64,000 nt of DNA, from NCBI GenBank assembly GCA_043825775.1, contig JBDRRK010000013.1:6463-70462 (forward strand). The letters are read 5' to 3'. The notes under the pieces were generated by a model. That model made no database searches and was not told the origin of the DNA. It was given only the letters and a program-made list of their open reading frames with translations. Within the stretch, counting starts at the first letter, position 1; every line of letters begins with the position of its first letter. The position numbers were made by a program, and so were the translations under genes. This DNA comes from an archaeon. GTDB lineage: Archaea > Nanobdellota > Nanobdellia > SCGC-AAA011-G17 > GW2011-AR17. Positions 62,260-64,000 of the stretch are shown here, in pieces.

Positions 62260-63296
62260 TTTAATTTCACTCCTGAAATAAAACCTTCATTTTCCATTGA
62301 TTTAAGTATTGCAGCTGTACCTACTTGTTTGTCTACAACATCACAACTAAATTTATGGTCCCCATAAAACTTCCCAGTCTCATACCACTGTGATCCACTC
62401 CATACATATGGAGAATTTACTTGTTTTCCATCACAAGATTTATTTCTGTACCCATTTCCATTGAATCTTTCTAATGCCTCAAGTGTTCCATGTTTTTGAT
62501 TTGGTTTGTAATGTTTGTCTATTGCATCTGTAGCTGCATCAACCCAATTATCAAAATAAATTCCTTTTGGAACTTGTTTTGTTGGTGCTCCTAATTTTTC
62601 TCCATTATGTAAATAGGTTGAAAAATCTCCTGCTGATTCTCTCATATGTATTGCTCCAACAACATACCAAGGTACTCCAGTTCTAGATTCAACTTTCTTG
62701 TATGCTTTTTTGTTTTTATTGATTAATCTAGCCTCATAAGTTGCCCTACTTTTCCAATCAGAATTTTTAAATTCAATATTTTCATACATTTCATTGTAAT
62801 CATTTGGTTCTGTTGGACTTGGTTGTATGGTTTCAGTATCTCTAAAAAGATCAACACCTTGCTCAACTCTACTTGCTAGAGAATCAGTTGCTCCATTTGC
62901 TAACAAACCTACTAATCCTGCACCCATGGCTGCTGATTTTAGGTGTCTTCTTATAGGCTGTTTCCATTTATTTCTTCTGGATTTAGTTTTTCTTCTGGTA
63001 TCATAAGGTAAAAGATTTGCTCTTCTTTTTGTAATTTTTTTGTGTGCGAGGTTTACAATACCTTTTCCAAAGTTAACTAACCCTTCTTCATAAACTGGCC
63101 TTAAGACATAGTTTCCAAATGTTGCTAAACCACCCCAAAAAAGACCCTGTTCGACAACCTCTGGCATTTGTACTAGTTGTTCTAATCCATCTATAGCATA
63201 GTCTAAACCCATAGCTGTAGCTACTGTAGCTAGGGCATAAGGGGCAACAGAATTTACCCCTTTTTGAATGTCAGTAAAAGCACTATTTTTTGCCAT
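62256..63296 (-). CDS. Membrane-anchored lysozyme-like (COG5526-type) protein
   Basis: TGVPWYVVGAIHMRES, LHNG, LERFNG.GY, SPYVWSGS, GKFYGD, Q.G.AAILK. Confidence 0.82.
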   Translation of the reverse strand: MAKNSAFTDIQKGVNSVAPYALATVATAMGLDYAIDGLEQLVQMPEVVEQGLFWGGLATFGNYVLRPVYEEGLVNFGKGIVNLAHKKITKRRANLLPYDTRRKTKSRRNKWKQPIRRHLKSAAMGAGLVGLLANGATDSLASRVEQGVDLFRDTETIQPSPTEPNDYNEMYENIEFKNSDWKSRATYEARLINKNKKAYKKVESRTGVPWYVVGAIHMRESAGDFSTYLHNGEKLGAPTKQVPKGIYFDNWVDAATDAIDKHYKPNQKHGTLEALERFNGNGYRNKSCDGKQVNSPYVWSGSQWYETGKFYGDHKFSCDVVDKQVGTAAILKSMENEGFISGVKLK

Positions 63297-63324
63297 TTTC
63301 TTACTAAAATAGCTGATTTTTAGG

Positions 63325-63332
63325 TTTATAAA
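63325..63332 (-). promoter_or_regulatory. TATA box of the hydrolase operon
   Basis: TTTATAAA preceded on the - strand by GAAAGA, 29 nt upstream of ATG 63296. Confidence 0.6.
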
Positions 63333-63362
63333 TCTTTCGTTTTTGTTATTACTTTAAAGTGA

Positions 63363-63740
63363 TTAAAAAGAGCCTAGAGCTAGAATTATTATTCCTATTA
63401 TTATTGTAAATATACTAAGCCATCTTTTCCAAGTTACTTGATCATGGAAATAGAATTTAGAGATTAATGCTACAAAGAAATAATTAGAGCTTATTACAGG
63501 ATATGCAAAGGAAAGGTCTAATTTTGTTAAAATTACTATCCATAATAATGTACTTAAAGCATATAGAAAACCACCAATCCAAATATGCTTAGATAGAATA
63601 AACTTTGTTGCCAAAGAAAATAAAGTTTCTTCTTTAAAATGTAAAATTCCTGCTTTGTTTACTCCCATTTTAAGAAATATTTGCGCAACTATACCTAACA
63701 AAACAACTGCAAGTAATAGTAGTAAATATATCCATATCAT
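63363..63740 (-). CDS. SMR/EamA family (ArnE/ArnF-like) membrane protein
   Basis: AQIFLK.G, LDLSFAYP, four TM helices. Confidence 0.82.
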   Translation of the reverse strand: MIWIYLLLLLAVVLLGIVAQIFLKMGVNKAGILHFKEETLFSLATKFILSKHIWIGGFLYALSTLLWIVILTKLDLSFAYPVISSNYFFVALISKFYFHDQVTWKRWLSIFTIIIGIIILALGSF

Positions 63741-64000
63741 GTGTTTGACAGCATTGTTACTCCTGCTGCTATTACTATCAAGCCTATTATTTTTGTAGTT
63801 GTCATGACTTCATTAAAAAATATCCAAGATAAAATTGAAACTATTACATACCCAAAGCTAAGAATTGGATAAGCATAACTTAATTCCGATTTTGATAGTG
63901 CAATTAACCAAGTGAATGCTGAAGAAGCCATTAGAATAACTCCAATCCATATAAATGGATTTAATATTACTATTGATAGAGTTGCTAATAAACTGCTTAA
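63737..64000 (-). CDS. Second SMR/EamA (ArnE/ArnF-like) protein, 5'-partial
   Basis: Frame is open to base 64000; ELSYAYPILS, IGL...G. Confidence 0.8.
   Translation of the reverse strand, partial: LSSLLATLSIVILNPFIWIGVILMASSAFTWLIALSKSELSYAYPILSFGYVIVSILSWIFFNEVMTTTKIIGLIVIAAGVTMLSNT

Noticed and set aside
63363-64000. ArnE/F-like pair as part of the hydrolase operon
   Set aside because: A separate TATA box lies between them and the hydrolase genes; their context lies outside the window

Overview
A 64-kb, very AT-rich and gene-dense window from an archaeon, most likely a DPANN lineage (Woesearchaeota/Nanobdellota-like; inferred from gene content, not from a phylogeny). Core content: rpoH-B''-B'-A'-A''-L30e-nusA-S12-S7, L35Ae, L10e, GlyRS, CysRS, AsnRS, AspRS, GatD/GatE, RNase J, TtuA, a short Dph2, a folate/thymidylate cluster (thyX, folA, glyA, folC), two closely related ftsZ genes and four tRNA genes. 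Two of the tRNAs carry non-canonical BHB introns: initiator Met has two and Asp has one. Two accessory operons stand out. (1) A three-gene operon with its own promoter (60732-63296) encodes exported or membrane-anchored homologues of three different peptidoglycan-degrading classes: lysozyme-like, M15/LAS Zn-peptidase and SleB-like. Archaea have no murein, so this suggests attack on or attachment to bacteria. (2) A tightly coupled five-gene operon (30314-34393) encodes an Asp/Glu racemase, two ATP-grasp ligases, an LD-carboxypeptidase and a Cys-less C39-like protein, a candidate D-amino-acid peptide system. Also notable are an orphan DarT-like ADP-ribosyltransferase, a bacterial-type TGT plus YhhQ among asnS and aspS, a double-nucleotidyltransferase-HEPN protein, two pseudogenes and several unannotated small ORFs. 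All family assignments come from motif recognition by eye; no searches were run.
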